This document shows positions 51,336 through 62,858 of a stretch of DNA of 64,000 nt, one piece after another. Source of the stretch: Lingula anatina (lineage: Eukaryota > Animalia > Brachiopoda); contig CM120642.1 in NCBI GenBank assembly GCA_051362555.1, positions 10,726,001 through 10,790,000 on the forward strand, written 5' to 3'. The translations under genes were made by a program, and so were the position numbers. The notes under the pieces were generated by a model. That model was not told the DNA's origin and searched no databases. It saw only the letters and a program-made list of their open reading frames with translations. The number at the start of each line of letters is the position of its first letter. Positions within the stretch are counted from its first letter, which is position 1.

Positions 51336-52686
51336 TCAAGACCCTTTGGCTCCAAATGCTGTGATGAAAATATTGAGAATAAGTATAAAAAGTAGAGCGA
51401 GGTCCGCACCGTCATCGAGTTTTTTGGCGATATCTCTGTTGTTAATTCTCTTTGCGCGTCTTTTTTGTGCTTGTTCGAACAGTTCAGCATCACTGAGACA
51501 GTCTTCCAGTGTAGGAACCGGACCGGGCTCAATCTTACCGTACATCGACTGCAAAAATAGAAGATTTGAATGATAACAAATAAAAGAATATGTGAATATT
51601 GTTAGCTGCATTTTTACTTTGGAAAATCTCTCCTTCATATTTAAAAGTGTATGAGAAAGTTTTTTATGTAAGCAAATAATGAACAAAATAGGGGTTGTAA
51701 AAAGCGCAAACTGAAGAAATAAGGTTTGGTTGATCGAAGGAACTGGACAATCAAAGCAAATGGATTTTATATTCACACGTAATACATATAAAAATTTCAC
51801 GTACATTGAACCAAAGCATCCAGGCCAGAATCAGCTGTAGTACCACACACATTATAAGTAAAACAAGAACCACGTAGAACTTCACATCACGTGTGGTGGT
51901 CTGGAGGAGAGTGTCTAGGCGCCCTGCGTTTGCTACCACCAGAGAAGCGTCAATAAATCTGGAAAACATAAGGTTAACGTTCAAAACATTCTGATATGTA
52001 GAATTTATGTCCATAACTAAGGAGAAATAATTGTCGCATATTTTTAGAATCGAAAGCATATTAAAACACACACTCCTAAAAGATCATAGGTAGGCCTATA
52101 GATTCTTTTGCTTGGAAGCTAGCACACTTCCAAAAGTTATCAACTTGAATCTTGTTCATTGTTAAACGTGTTTGATTCGGAGGGAATGGGAAGGTGGACC
52201 AAAGGGTGCGTACGCGACTGTTCTAAACATTCCAACGCTTGAATTTACCACTTAAACAGACCCCTTTATAATACTGCATGTGATCAACAACATCTAACGC
52301 CCGGTGCAACCTAAGAGACCCTATAGTATGGACATGTTAAACAACATCAATTCGTAAATGTGCACTGGTATAAAAATGGTTCGAAACTAGGTTAACACAG
52401 AACACTCATATTAGCCCATATTGCTCTTGATTTATCTGAGCGTGCACCTGTACGTGATTCTCCTCGTACTGTATACATTTAAATCAGTACTATACACAGA
52501 GAGACAGTTTTACCCTTTATTGGCATGTTTCTTCTGAGAAACACATTACTAATAGCATTTCCCATAGTAGTTTGCACAAGTATTTAAGTTCGAAAATCCT
52601 TACCCTTTTGCGAAATGCTTCTTCTGATCATAGACAATATTTCCATCCCCATTTACAGCTGGGGGTTGTGGTTGAGGATTAGCCAT
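51336..52686 (-). CDS. Ninjurin-like protein, paralog B (~149 aa)
   Basis: Exons 52686-52604, 51958-51805 and 51548-51336; exon 2 and 3 lengths (154, 213 nt) equal paralog A; YDQKKHFAKGFIDASLVVANAGRL...LNIFITAFG. Confidence 0.82.
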
Positions 52687-53015
52687 CACAAAGAAACGTT
52701 GAAACACACGGGAGTTCGTCTAAAAGTGTAGCCTAACCAAGAAGTTATAACTTCTTGGCCTAACCAAGCCTGCCTGGTCCCTGTCCTTAAAATCTTAACT
52801 GACTACACTGCTAGAGTACAAAAAGCTCGAGTAAACAATAATAGAGTTTAGTAGGTCAATGGAGGGGAAGTGAAGTATGGGAAATATTTTTGCGCGATAT
52901 TACGCTCGTTTGCGCCTCCTTTATATACAGATAATTCTTGTAGAGGCCCAATAGAAAAAAATGGTATTTCTTCAATGGATATCATAGTATTCAGAATTAA
53001 GAGGAAAGGGGAAGG

Positions 53016-53384
53016 CAGGGGCGGATCCAGGATTATTTGGCGTGGGGTTCGGGGACCGCTTAAGCCCCCCCCCCCCCCCAAAATGGTATTTTAGAGAGCA
53101 AATGGTGCCGTTTGGTACAGTTTAGAACTATGATTCAGCTTGTCAAAATTATAATTTCAAGCGGGGACCATTGGTGCGATTTTTTTTCAGAAATCAAAGA
53201 GAGGGGGGGGGGGGGTCAGGACCCCCCTGTCCCCCCTCTAAATCCACCACTGCAAATTAATAGAACACCGTGAAAATTCGATAATTGTACTAAAGTGGGC
53301 CCCGAACCCCACGCCAAGAGGGAGGGGGAGGGTCGGCTTCGCATCCTCAGACCCTCCCTTCAAATAATCCTGGATCCGACGCTG
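53016..53384. mobile_element. GC-rich MITE copy 3 (53016-53252) plus an inverted partial copy (~53297-53384)
   Basis: Same family as 13598-13855; the second fragment ends AATAATCCTGGATCCGACGCTG, the reverse complement of the 5' end. Confidence 0.75.
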
Positions 53385-54923
53385 AATTTGGGACTTTCCG
53401 TACATTTTTTAAAGCAGACGGTAAGTACTATTGCCGAAAAATAATGCGTGAGAGTGATTCACGTAGCACTGTGTATACATCTGAATATTTTGTATTTCTA
53501 AATTTTGAGAATTAATTAAATCAGGAAAGTGTTTTACATTTACTACCATTGATGTGAAAAACGCATTTGCAGTGCTATACATGTGTGTTAATCCTGCATA
53601 GTTCACCCTGAGTTTCACAGGACAAAGCAAGCTTACAGGTTTTAGAGCGGTGTTTCCAGTGAAATCTGTTATTCAGGGTGGCGTATGATTAAATAATTTA
53701 TGTTCCCTCGAAACTCTATATACATGTAGGGGTTAATCTACTGAGATATCATTCATATGTTTAACATTGCCATCTGAGCCTTGCAGTGCTGTATCCTCCA
53801 GAAATCAATTTTTAAAATTTTAAAAGAAAGTTAAGTTGTGTAATTTAGTTAAATGGAGTTAGAAAATGGAAATTGAATTATATTCAATATTACTTTGAAG
53901 TAACTTCCCCAAGCACCAAAAGAGAAAGCTACTGTTAAGTTAATGCAACCGCAGGTGCCTTTTCTCATATCCACCGGTTCGAGCTACTCTCTGTCATTTT
54001 CAAAGTATATGGTATACTAGCTCAATTAATATACTTCAGTTTATATGTAAATCCTAATTCACAAGTTCATGTAAGGTGGCCGTTTTACCGGCTTTTCAGA
54101 TGACAACTAGAAAAAGTATGTAAACTATTTATTTCATTTTGAAATACAGTATTATCTGATATTATTTTTCTCAAGAATGGAAAAAAAGTTGTAAGAAACA
54201 GTTTATACATGTAAAAGATCTTTTCACTTAAACCTCTAGATTGCATGGTCTATCGCTGTGATAAACGCTATTATTGAAAAACTCAAAGCCGTACGTCAAA
54301 TATCAAATATTCTGAACATTATATTTAAGTGTGCATCTCAGAAAAATAGATATCGTTTCCTTGTGCCTTTAAGTGCCTGCACAATTTTTCTCTCTGATTC
54401 AGTTAACTATTCGCAATTTCATTTCACTGCTACAAAAATTAAAAATTCCGAGTTAACGAGACCATCGTCAGTTTCCAAATATTTAAATAAATTCTTCTCT
54501 TTTCCGGTTGTTTGAATAAAGTTAGCAAATATAAGATAATGGTTTTATAATGTTCGTCGTAAATTGTCCGTTTTTCCTGCCAATATTTCTTCGTCTGTTG
54601 CTACTGACATCCGTGAATCAGTCAACTTTTTTTGGTTTTCGAGGGAGATCTGTTAATAAAAAAACAATTTTGAAATTTCTGAATACATTTACGCTTAACA
54701 ATATTCTATTTAGAGGATTGAAAACCAGAAAATACCAAATTAAAACGTAATCTTAAAATAATGGGCCAAATAATCGATCTAATGAAGACTTGACAAATAA
54801 ATATAACCAAAATGAGAAACTTTTTTTTGATAAATCGAGTAATAAAATTACCAGCCTACGGATTCTATTTCTCATCTGGGATTAATAAGTAAGCAATTAA
54901 TTCCGTAATTTACCTACCTGTAA

Positions 54924-55238
54924 TTAGCCCTGGATAGTATATTTCCCACCTGGATAATACGGATACTTCTGGGGGTAGTAGTGTGGATAGTGCTGCGGGT
55001 AGCGCTTCGGGTAGTAGTTCGGGTAGTAGTTCGGATAGTAGTTCGGGTAGTAGTTTGGATAGTAGTTAGGGTAGTGGCTGGGGTAGTGGCTGGGATAATA
55101 TGGGTACTTATGGTAGTAGCTAGGGTAGATGCGACCTCCTGTATACACATAGTTGTTTCGACCGAGCTCTGCTTGCGTTACCATAGTAACTGTTGCCAGA
55201 ACAAGCAGAACACACAACAACTGTGTTTTGTATTCCAT
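54924..55238 (-). CDS. Secreted Tyr/Pro-rich repeat protein (YPxY/YPxH repeats), 104 aa
   Basis: Signal peptide MEYKTQLLCVLLVLATVTMVTQA followed by (YPSH)2(YPNY)5...; acceptor at 55260/55259, 5' non-coding exon donor near 55519, TATA at ~55578-55587. Confidence 0.85.
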   Translation of the reverse strand: MEYKTQLLCVLLVLATVTMVTQAELGRNNYVYTGGRIYPSYYHKYPYYPSHYPSHYPNYYPNYYPNYYPNYYPNYYPKRYPQHYPHYYPQKYPYYPGGKYTIQG

Positions 55239-55577
55239 TTTGTCGAGGATGTTGACGACTAAAAAATAATAAAAAAAGAAAAATCAAAACCAATCAACGT
55301 TAAATCTGTGATAAAAATAACTATTCAAGGATGTAAATTCAAAAACCAAATATTTTAAAACAATAGTGAAAGGAGAGAGAAAGAGAAAAAATTACGAATA
55401 GTGTCAGAAATTATGAAACCTTTTCACTTCTTCAAAGACAAACTTGAGTCGAGCATTTACTAAGGAGCAAACGTGTTGCAAGTTAGAATAAATAGCCAAA
55501 AAGTTTGCTGATGCTCACCTGACCTGCAATCTGTCGCGGCTGTGGGAGGTGCAAGCACACGCGGACCACAAACGGCT

Positions 55578-55587
55578 TTATATATAA
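55578..55587 (-). promoter_or_regulatory. TATA box of the YP-rich gene
   Basis: TTATATATAA about 60 nt upstream of a CAG|GTGAGC donor for a short non-coding first exon. Confidence 0.55.
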
Positions 55588-58134
55588 TACGGAGGCACGT
55601 GCTCATTATGTATGCATCATGGCTTAATGGGTGTTTTTTTTTTCAGTGGAAAATCACAATTTTCAAAATGATGTTGTTGGTTTTATAATTGCACCATGCG
55701 AGGGCTGATAGATATGCGATCTCATAGCCAGCGTGTACTCAATGCTCACGTAGGACAAGTAAACGGGTTTTCAAAAATATCAGAACTCACTTTTAAGTGT
55801 CTTAAAAGACACTGAAGACTAAAAATGTAGGCCTACTCGCAGAGTGCATAGTTTACCAGGTAATGTTAATGCCAATCAACATGCTATAAAATGATAAGAC
55901 GAAGGCGAATCATGCTAATAACATGACCTTAAAACAGTTAGATCAGCAGTTGCACACCCCACAGCTTGGCAGTTACACTGACCGACAGGCAGCTGCAAGT
56001 TATCATATTTCAGGGGCGGAATGAGGCCGTCTTCCGGAAGACGTCAGATTTTCAAGTTTATATCGACGGGTATCTATTTTTTTCTGTCGAAAGATGGTCA
56101 AAAATGGAGGATGGATCAACAAAGATAATTTGGAAAACTATCAAAAAATAGCTCTAGACTCGTACCTGTATTTCACTATTTTTTCGAAGTAGTTAAAAAA
56201 ATAAAAATTAGGCTGCACATATGCAAAACAAAGAGATCTGTTACAATTTTGTTATTGAAGCAGTAAAACAGTCAAAAAAGATGGCAAAGTTTAGTGTCCG
56301 TGAAAATTTGAAAGCCTCTGTCTCGATCTCTGTGTAGCGACAATTTAACCAGACAACGTCTCTGCATGTATATGATCAACAGAACTTTGTAAGTTACGAT
56401 GGACAGCAATTTTGTGTCTTCCATAATAACGTTCATAATTAGATTTAAAATATAATGTTGTTATTGATGTTGTGATAAGCTTTTAAAAACACAATATAAT
56501 GGCCTTTTACCATATTTGGCTTGTTAATTGGACTGTAATAGATGAAATGGGAGACCCACCCAAACAGATTTTTTTCATACGTTTTTTTTTTTTTTCGAAG
56601 TAGTTCCAAACATCGTTTGCTAAATGAAGCTGTATTAAAGCTAGTTGAAAGAATTGAAATATCATCTTATTTTTGCACGTAAATGATGGTAAAATTAGGT
56701 ACTGATGAAAACTAATGTTTCACTGAAATAATCGAGATTTCAGCGAAGAGTTCTGAATGTAATAAGTTTGCTTTGCAACGACAACAGAGTACACGTGATT
56801 TATTCAAACAACTTTTTATCTATGCTCAGTTGTTCATTTAATACTGCTTAGTATTGTGCAAACAATTGATAGAAATTTTAAATACGTAAATGTAACTGAA
56901 TAATGGATTTGGATTTGGTTGCTCTGTGATTCCTTGTACGGCATAATAGATATGTATAACGATACAAACATTTTCCCATCTCATTACTTTTTCTTATCTA
57001 TCTCTCTTTCTCCTTACCGACAGAAAAAATACTATAATTGTATATTTGATAACCCGGTAATGGTCAGTAGATATGAACGGCGAAGAAGTAAAATTGCAGG
57101 TTGGCAGTAGACACTGGTTGCCGCGCTGATGAAGATTGAATATATACGTCCTTATGGGGGTTTATCTATGTCTCTTCTAACCAACCATCGTCGTAGTAAT
57201 GCTTTTAATTCACTTTTTCTGGTTATATAATAAAAACTGTCAATTTATGTATTTAATATTTATGGTTATATTTACTTCTCGGTATATAACTTTATCTAAG
57301 ACCTGCTTCGTGATCAGAGGCGTACCTCAATGCTTTACTTCAATTTATGGTTATAGACAGGTGTGTCGGCAATTTATAGTCTGCTGCACTTTAATATATA
57401 GGTGATTAATATACTACAATTACATGTGACTCTGAGTCTGTGGCACACATGTAGGGCGAGAATATCTGTGTGATATCACACCAATTAAAAAAGAATATTT
57501 TATCACGAGTGAGAAAAATCTTGGAAGAATTCTTTATTTTCTTTGGTGCGCCGGCCATATCCCATTATGCACGAGTCCCATTGCGTTCTTTTTATATCAA
57601 GCAGAAACACAATAATACCAAGCAACCGGCTAATAAATACGACTTAAATTTTAGCATTTTCTCATTATATACTGAAGACTTTGAGAAAAGACATCTCAAC
57701 ACGCCCTCCCACAGAGGTAAATTTCTTGCGATATTAAGGTTCTTACCGGGCAACTCAATAGGATTTTCCCGCCCCTACATGGATTTTCCCGGGAAAATAA
57801 ACAATTTTCTCGTACTCAAGAATCATTTATTTATCCCTATATGAACTCGAATTCCACCCTGAATTAGATTTATAAAAGTTGATTTAGTTTAAAATGAGTG
57901 ACCAATAATTATAACCAGCGACTATGCTCCTATGTAAAAATCCAAATAAAAGTAAGCACTAGAAAAACTATTTTAGGGTTTAATTGTTTTAAGGTGTGTG
58001 TAAGGTTGATAAGAAGCCATGGATGGCAAAAAATAAGCATTTTCAAACCTATGGAGTGTACCTTTAACCTTGGGTTTAATGTTGCATCTGGTTGTAAGGG
58101 ACGCGGTGGCGCCCCTTAGCATGTCCCACGCCCC

Positions 58135-58190
58135 TAGGATGTTGCGGCGCCCGCGCCTAGACTATAGGATGTCGCGGCGCCCGCGCCTAG
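58135..58190. repeat. Short GC-rich direct repeat
   Basis: TAGGATGT(T/C)GCGGCGCCCGCGCCTAG x2. Confidence 0.7.
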
Positions 58191-59101
58191 TAAGATTTAT
58201 TATAAGGTATTATTATAATGAGACATTAAGGTACATATAAATAGAACAGGTGGTGGGTAGAGAGAAAAAGTTAGGTAGTGGGAATAAAGCTGTTTGGAAA
58301 TCCACGACTCTTGTTGCTCACTTCTTCTCGATCTGTGAACCTAAAATCGAACCTTACATGGTTAAGAGGTTCATCTATTCTATCTACTTAACGGTTGAAT
58401 ATCAGAGTTCTACATTTTCGACTAACGCTGTCTACACTATTTTTGCGAGAGACCAGAGATAAGATAATATTGACCACGTGAGTGAAGGCATCGAGAAAAA
58501 GACAGCAATTGAAAATAGAAATTGTTGAATTTATTGTATGTAAATGCATAACGATATTGTATTGGCGCTTGATTATAATGTTTGTTCATAATGTCCTTTG
58601 GTAACAGAAAATGACGATTCATAGAAAGTCTCTCAGATACGTTATACGAGAAATCTCTACAATATGCAGATTACACGTGGAACAAAATAGACATAACGTT
58701 GAACATGTAAGTTTGACACTTAATGACGTTATTTCTCTTAGTCTTAGCTAAGCTGATAGATGTTAAGGCCCTCCTCAGCAGCACATACATCTACGAGGAT
58801 TTTTTCATATCAGTGCTGTTGTAGTGTCGTATTCCCATCCCAAGAGTTGACAGCCACGCCGCACAATGAGTACGTCCATCTGAAATAAAAATGCTTTTCT
58901 TTAGAATATGATATATGAGGGTATTATCAGTCTTCACGTTTGTGCACGTTTTATGCGGAAGAAAATAAAATATTCTAGGTTTATGTCAAACATATCAAAC
59001 ATATCAAAAATGGGCTGTGATTATAATGTTTTAGTTAAATTGCATGATTTCATAAAGTTTATATTTCAAGGATTGTTTAATTCATTAATTCTTATACTAT
59101 A

Positions 59102-59261
59102 CAGGGCCGTAGCCTGAGCAAAATGCCAAAGGGGGCAGTAAGCGGACACGAGGGGGCGAAACCCCCGAGGGGGGAGGGGGTGTCCCCCTCCCAGTGTGGA
59201 AAATTCTAAATCCCAGGGGGGGCACCTGCCCCCCCCTGCCCCCCCGGAGGCTACGGCCCTG
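59102..59261. mobile_element. 160-bp MITE with 5-bp TSD
   Basis: TIR CAGGGCCGTAGCCT / AGGCTACGGCCCTG; CTATA on both sides (59097-59101, 59262-59266). Confidence 0.85.
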
Positions 59262-59526
59262 CTATATAAGGAGATGATTCAGTTTGAATTATTAAGTTTG
59301 GTAAAGTGTACAAGGAAATTGTGAAAATAATAGAATTTGAAGGATAAGGCCGTTGATTTGTGGCCTTATGGTTTTTGACAGCGTATACATGTACATGTTA
59401 GCTGTCAGTACAGACAGAATTATCTAGACAATCGGACAGATAGAAGTTAATGTTATAACACAGAATATTTGGATTACAGTGATTCAGTGAAAAAAATGAC
59501 CCGTGGCTAGATGTGTGCACTCAGTC

Positions 59527-60018
59527 TTACCAGTAACCTTGTCCGAAGCCAGGATATCCGCCACCGTATGTTGGAAAACCGCCATATCCGTATCCTGTGC
59601 TATATCCATTGCCATATCCCCCGTATCCAGTTTCGTATCCGGCTCCATATCCTGGGTAACCTGGCCCGTAAAGAGAGGATCCATAGGGGGAACCGTAGGT
59701 AGAGGCGCTGAACGCGGATCCATATCCATAGGGAGAGGATCCGTAGGCAGAGGCCCCTAAGGGAGAGAAGCCGTAGGGAGAGGCACCGAAGGGAGAAAAG
59801 CCATATGGAGAGCTGCCATATTGATTGCCATACGGACTGCCATACTGACTGCCATATGGACTGCCATAAGAACTGGCATACTGGCTGCCATAGGTCGGGG
59901 TTTGGGCCTGGCTGGTGGACCGAGTAGCCGCATATCCTCCCTCTCCAGCCGCCAAGTGGTTTGCTGACACTTGCTGCAGGAGAGCCACCAATGCCACGAA
60001 ACACAGAACTTTCAGCAT
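59527..60018 (-). CDS. Secreted Gly/Tyr/Ser-rich repeat protein (SPYG/SQYG, GYG repeats), 163 aa
   Basis: Signal peptide MLKVLCFVALVALLQQVSA; long open GC-richer frame with YGS(P/Q) and GYG repeats; TATA-like TATATAA at 60147-60141. Confidence 0.88.
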   Translation of the reverse strand: MLKVLCFVALVALLQQVSANHLAAGEGGYAATRSTSQAQTPTYGSQYASSYGSPYGSQYGSPYGNQYGSSPYGFSPFGASPYGFSPLGASAYGSSPYGYGSAFSASTYGSPYGSSLYGPGYPGYGAGYETGYGGYGNGYSTGYGYGGFPTYGGGYPGFGQGYW

Positions 60019-62519
60019 ATCTGCAGTCGGCGTAAATGTCGAGAAATTTTAAAAGTGTTTTTGGCACTTAATGCAATGGTGGCTGTGACCCTTTCCAAGC
60101 AACCGGCTGAGAAGTATGAATTAAAATTCAACTTCTTCTCATTATATACTGCAGATTAATGAGTTCCATTATGAGATAAGAATCATCTTAACACTCTCCC
60201 ACAGAGGCGAATTTCTTGCGATAATAAGCTGCCAAATAATCTTATGTATGGTTTTATCGTTGTCATCGCTAGTCCGTTACCCATGCATGTATTACCAGAA
60301 CGAGCATATATCATCGTTAAGGTGACGGACAGGCACAACACAAAAGAAATATTGAATATTTATAACATTTCCACAACATTTGGCACCGGTGGCTGTACTA
60401 CCTGCAAATAGGCTTCTCTGGTGCAACATTATATTAATATACCTAAATATTCTACAAAAATGTAAAAAATACTACACGAGGAACGAAAGTTCTTTGAGTT
60501 TGAAAAAAAATCAACTACGTGTACTTAAAAGACTTATCTTCAGTCGATTTGTTTTTACACGGTAATTTTCCTTTTATTTTTTTAAATTTTATTTCATCTT
60601 TAAGCTTAGTTCCTATTAATTCCATTTCATTCAGTTTCTATTTAATTTTCAGCAGTATCGGATTTTTAGCAGGGCATGTAAATATTTTGAACCTGTGCTA
60701 CCTGGGAATTTTAGATAGGAAAGCACATGAAATCAATTTTGGATGACTATGATTGAACAGTAAAAGGTATTTTAATAAACTGTTTATTGAAATTTGCGAG
60801 AAATGTAAGCACAGAAATTCAAAACTAAAATGGTATCAAATAACGGAGAAAACGTATCTCTTTTGCTTTCATTTTCTCGCTAACCACGTTATTCATTATT
60901 CACTATTATCCCCCGCGGCTCCGGGCACGGTATTGTTTTCGTTGTTTTTTTTTTTTTTTTTTATCAAAATAGAATGTAATAAATTACATACGCAGGAGAT
61001 TGCCCTCCGGTAAAAGCCCCAACCGTCAACGACCAAATCTGGAGGGGGTATAAATACTTAAACGCATGCAGGGTACTGTTTCACAAACGAGTATGCTTAA
61101 GGGGGGATGGGGGGGGGGCACAAGGAAAAATAACTTATGTAAAATACAAACGTTTATTTATATTGTTTTTCCTTTGTAATATAAATCAACTGCTAAATAT
61201 TGAAGTTGTTTACCTACAATATGTCAATGTCTGTCAGAGCATCTTTATCAAGTAATTCAGCAGATATGCCTGACACCCCCCCCACCCCCCACCTACTGCC
61301 TTATACCGATATTAAGAAAGACCGTTATTGATCAGAGCGGATGGCACCGTCATCATTTAAACCAAACTCTGTATGGAACGGGGTAAATCAATTTTACTTG
61401 ATAGACTATTTAAATAATCTGAGGATATGAAGCAAGATATATTATAATATTATAATATTATTGCGGAACTATTTGTACTGCCAGGTCAAGTGCACTCTGC
61501 AGTACGTCTAAGGGCAGGATGCTATGGTTTAACATTAATACTACATTGTGGGTCGTCTTTTTAGCAATTCTTCGTGCATTGGGGATTTAACATATACTTG
61601 CAGAAAACTGTACGCGCTTTTGAAAGTTAAATACATAACTTCAATGTATTTGTCGTAAATTAAACGTAAAAAGTGATAATAAAAACTCGCCCAACTCAAT
61701 TTTCGAATGTTTATTGTTACCTCTATGTTCAACGTCTTTGGTCCAGCAAGATAACTTATTACAAATGTAGAACCACAGAGCAAAAATGCATGAGTTATAT
61801 GGCAATTTTGGAAAGCAAATGTTTCCTATCAGTAATTCATTCACCTCTGTGTAACTTTCATTGCAGAACTCTTTGGCTCATTTTTGTTAAATTCAATATT
61901 TATGCATGATGTAAGCGAATGCAATTTGGAGTATGTTTGTGGTACAAAAATAAAATACTTCAAGGAGAAGATATGTGTCCGACTTCAAATACATATAGCC
62001 TGCATGCGCTTTCCACAGTATTCATGTAAAAGTAGAAGTGTTAGAAGCGGTTACTCCATGTAACTATACAACGCCCATATAGACACGTTTTATTCGGCAG
62101 TTTCTCTTGACTGTAGCAAAATGGACCGTCAACGCTTAAACTTCACTGACACCTCAAAGTTCATAATTTTCCGTCACAGTTCACTGAGACTTCAACCAGA
62201 GCTGCTCCAAGGAGTTGCACTTGTTGACTCTAGAAGGAAAAAAAGAGAAAATGGAATCTACTTTCCCGATAATATAATGTTATACATTCAGGAAAGTTAC
62301 AGCACTTTTTAAAAAAATGAAAGCATGCGCCAGATGCCTTAAACACCAAGAAAAACACTCTCGTGCGACGATGTTTTCGTTCATATTCACAATTCGTTCA
62401 TATACGTAAAGAAATTAATTGAGCCTGTATTATTTGAACATAAAGAATAACATATACGAGGTGAAAATGCATATACTTACAAGACTTAAAATATTCGCCG
62501 TAAAAAGTAATGGAAGCAT

Positions 62520-62858
62520 CTATCCATGATAATGGTGAGGGTATCCGTACGGAGAAGGGTATTTGTATCCACCCCCATAACCTGGGTATCCGTAGCCATA
62601 TCCAGGATATCCGATGTATCCGGCGTATTGGTAGTTTCTCTTGTAGGCGTCCGCGTAGTCTGGGTAGCCTTTGAAGTACGGGTTATAGCTGAGGCCGTAG
62701 TAAGGTTTAGGGTAGGACGAATATGACGGGTACTTCGGGGGGTAGTAGCCGGGATAGTAACCGGGGTAGTGTCCAGGATAGGAACTGTGGCTGGTTAAGT
62801 GGGCGGCCTGGCTGTACGCGACAGCAAGAACCACTACTATCAAACCGACCAGCTTCAT
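62520..62858 (-). CDS. Secreted Tyr/Pro/Gly-rich protein, 112 aa
   Basis: Signal peptide MKLVGLIVVVLAVAYSQA; YPGH/YPGY repeats, His-rich C-terminus YPHHYHG. Confidence 0.88.
   Translation of the reverse strand: MKLVGLIVVVLAVAYSQAAHLTSHSSYPGHYPGYYPGYYPPKYPSYSSYPKPYYGLSYNPYFKGYPDYADAYKRNYQYAGYIGYPGYGYGYPGYGGGYKYPSPYGYPHHYHG

Noticed and set aside
54914-55262. Thr-rich and Val-rich alternative-frame ORFs (similar overlaps at 59484-60067 and 62526-63057)
   Set aside because: Frame and strand shadows of repetitive Tyr-rich CDSs; only the called frames have signal peptides
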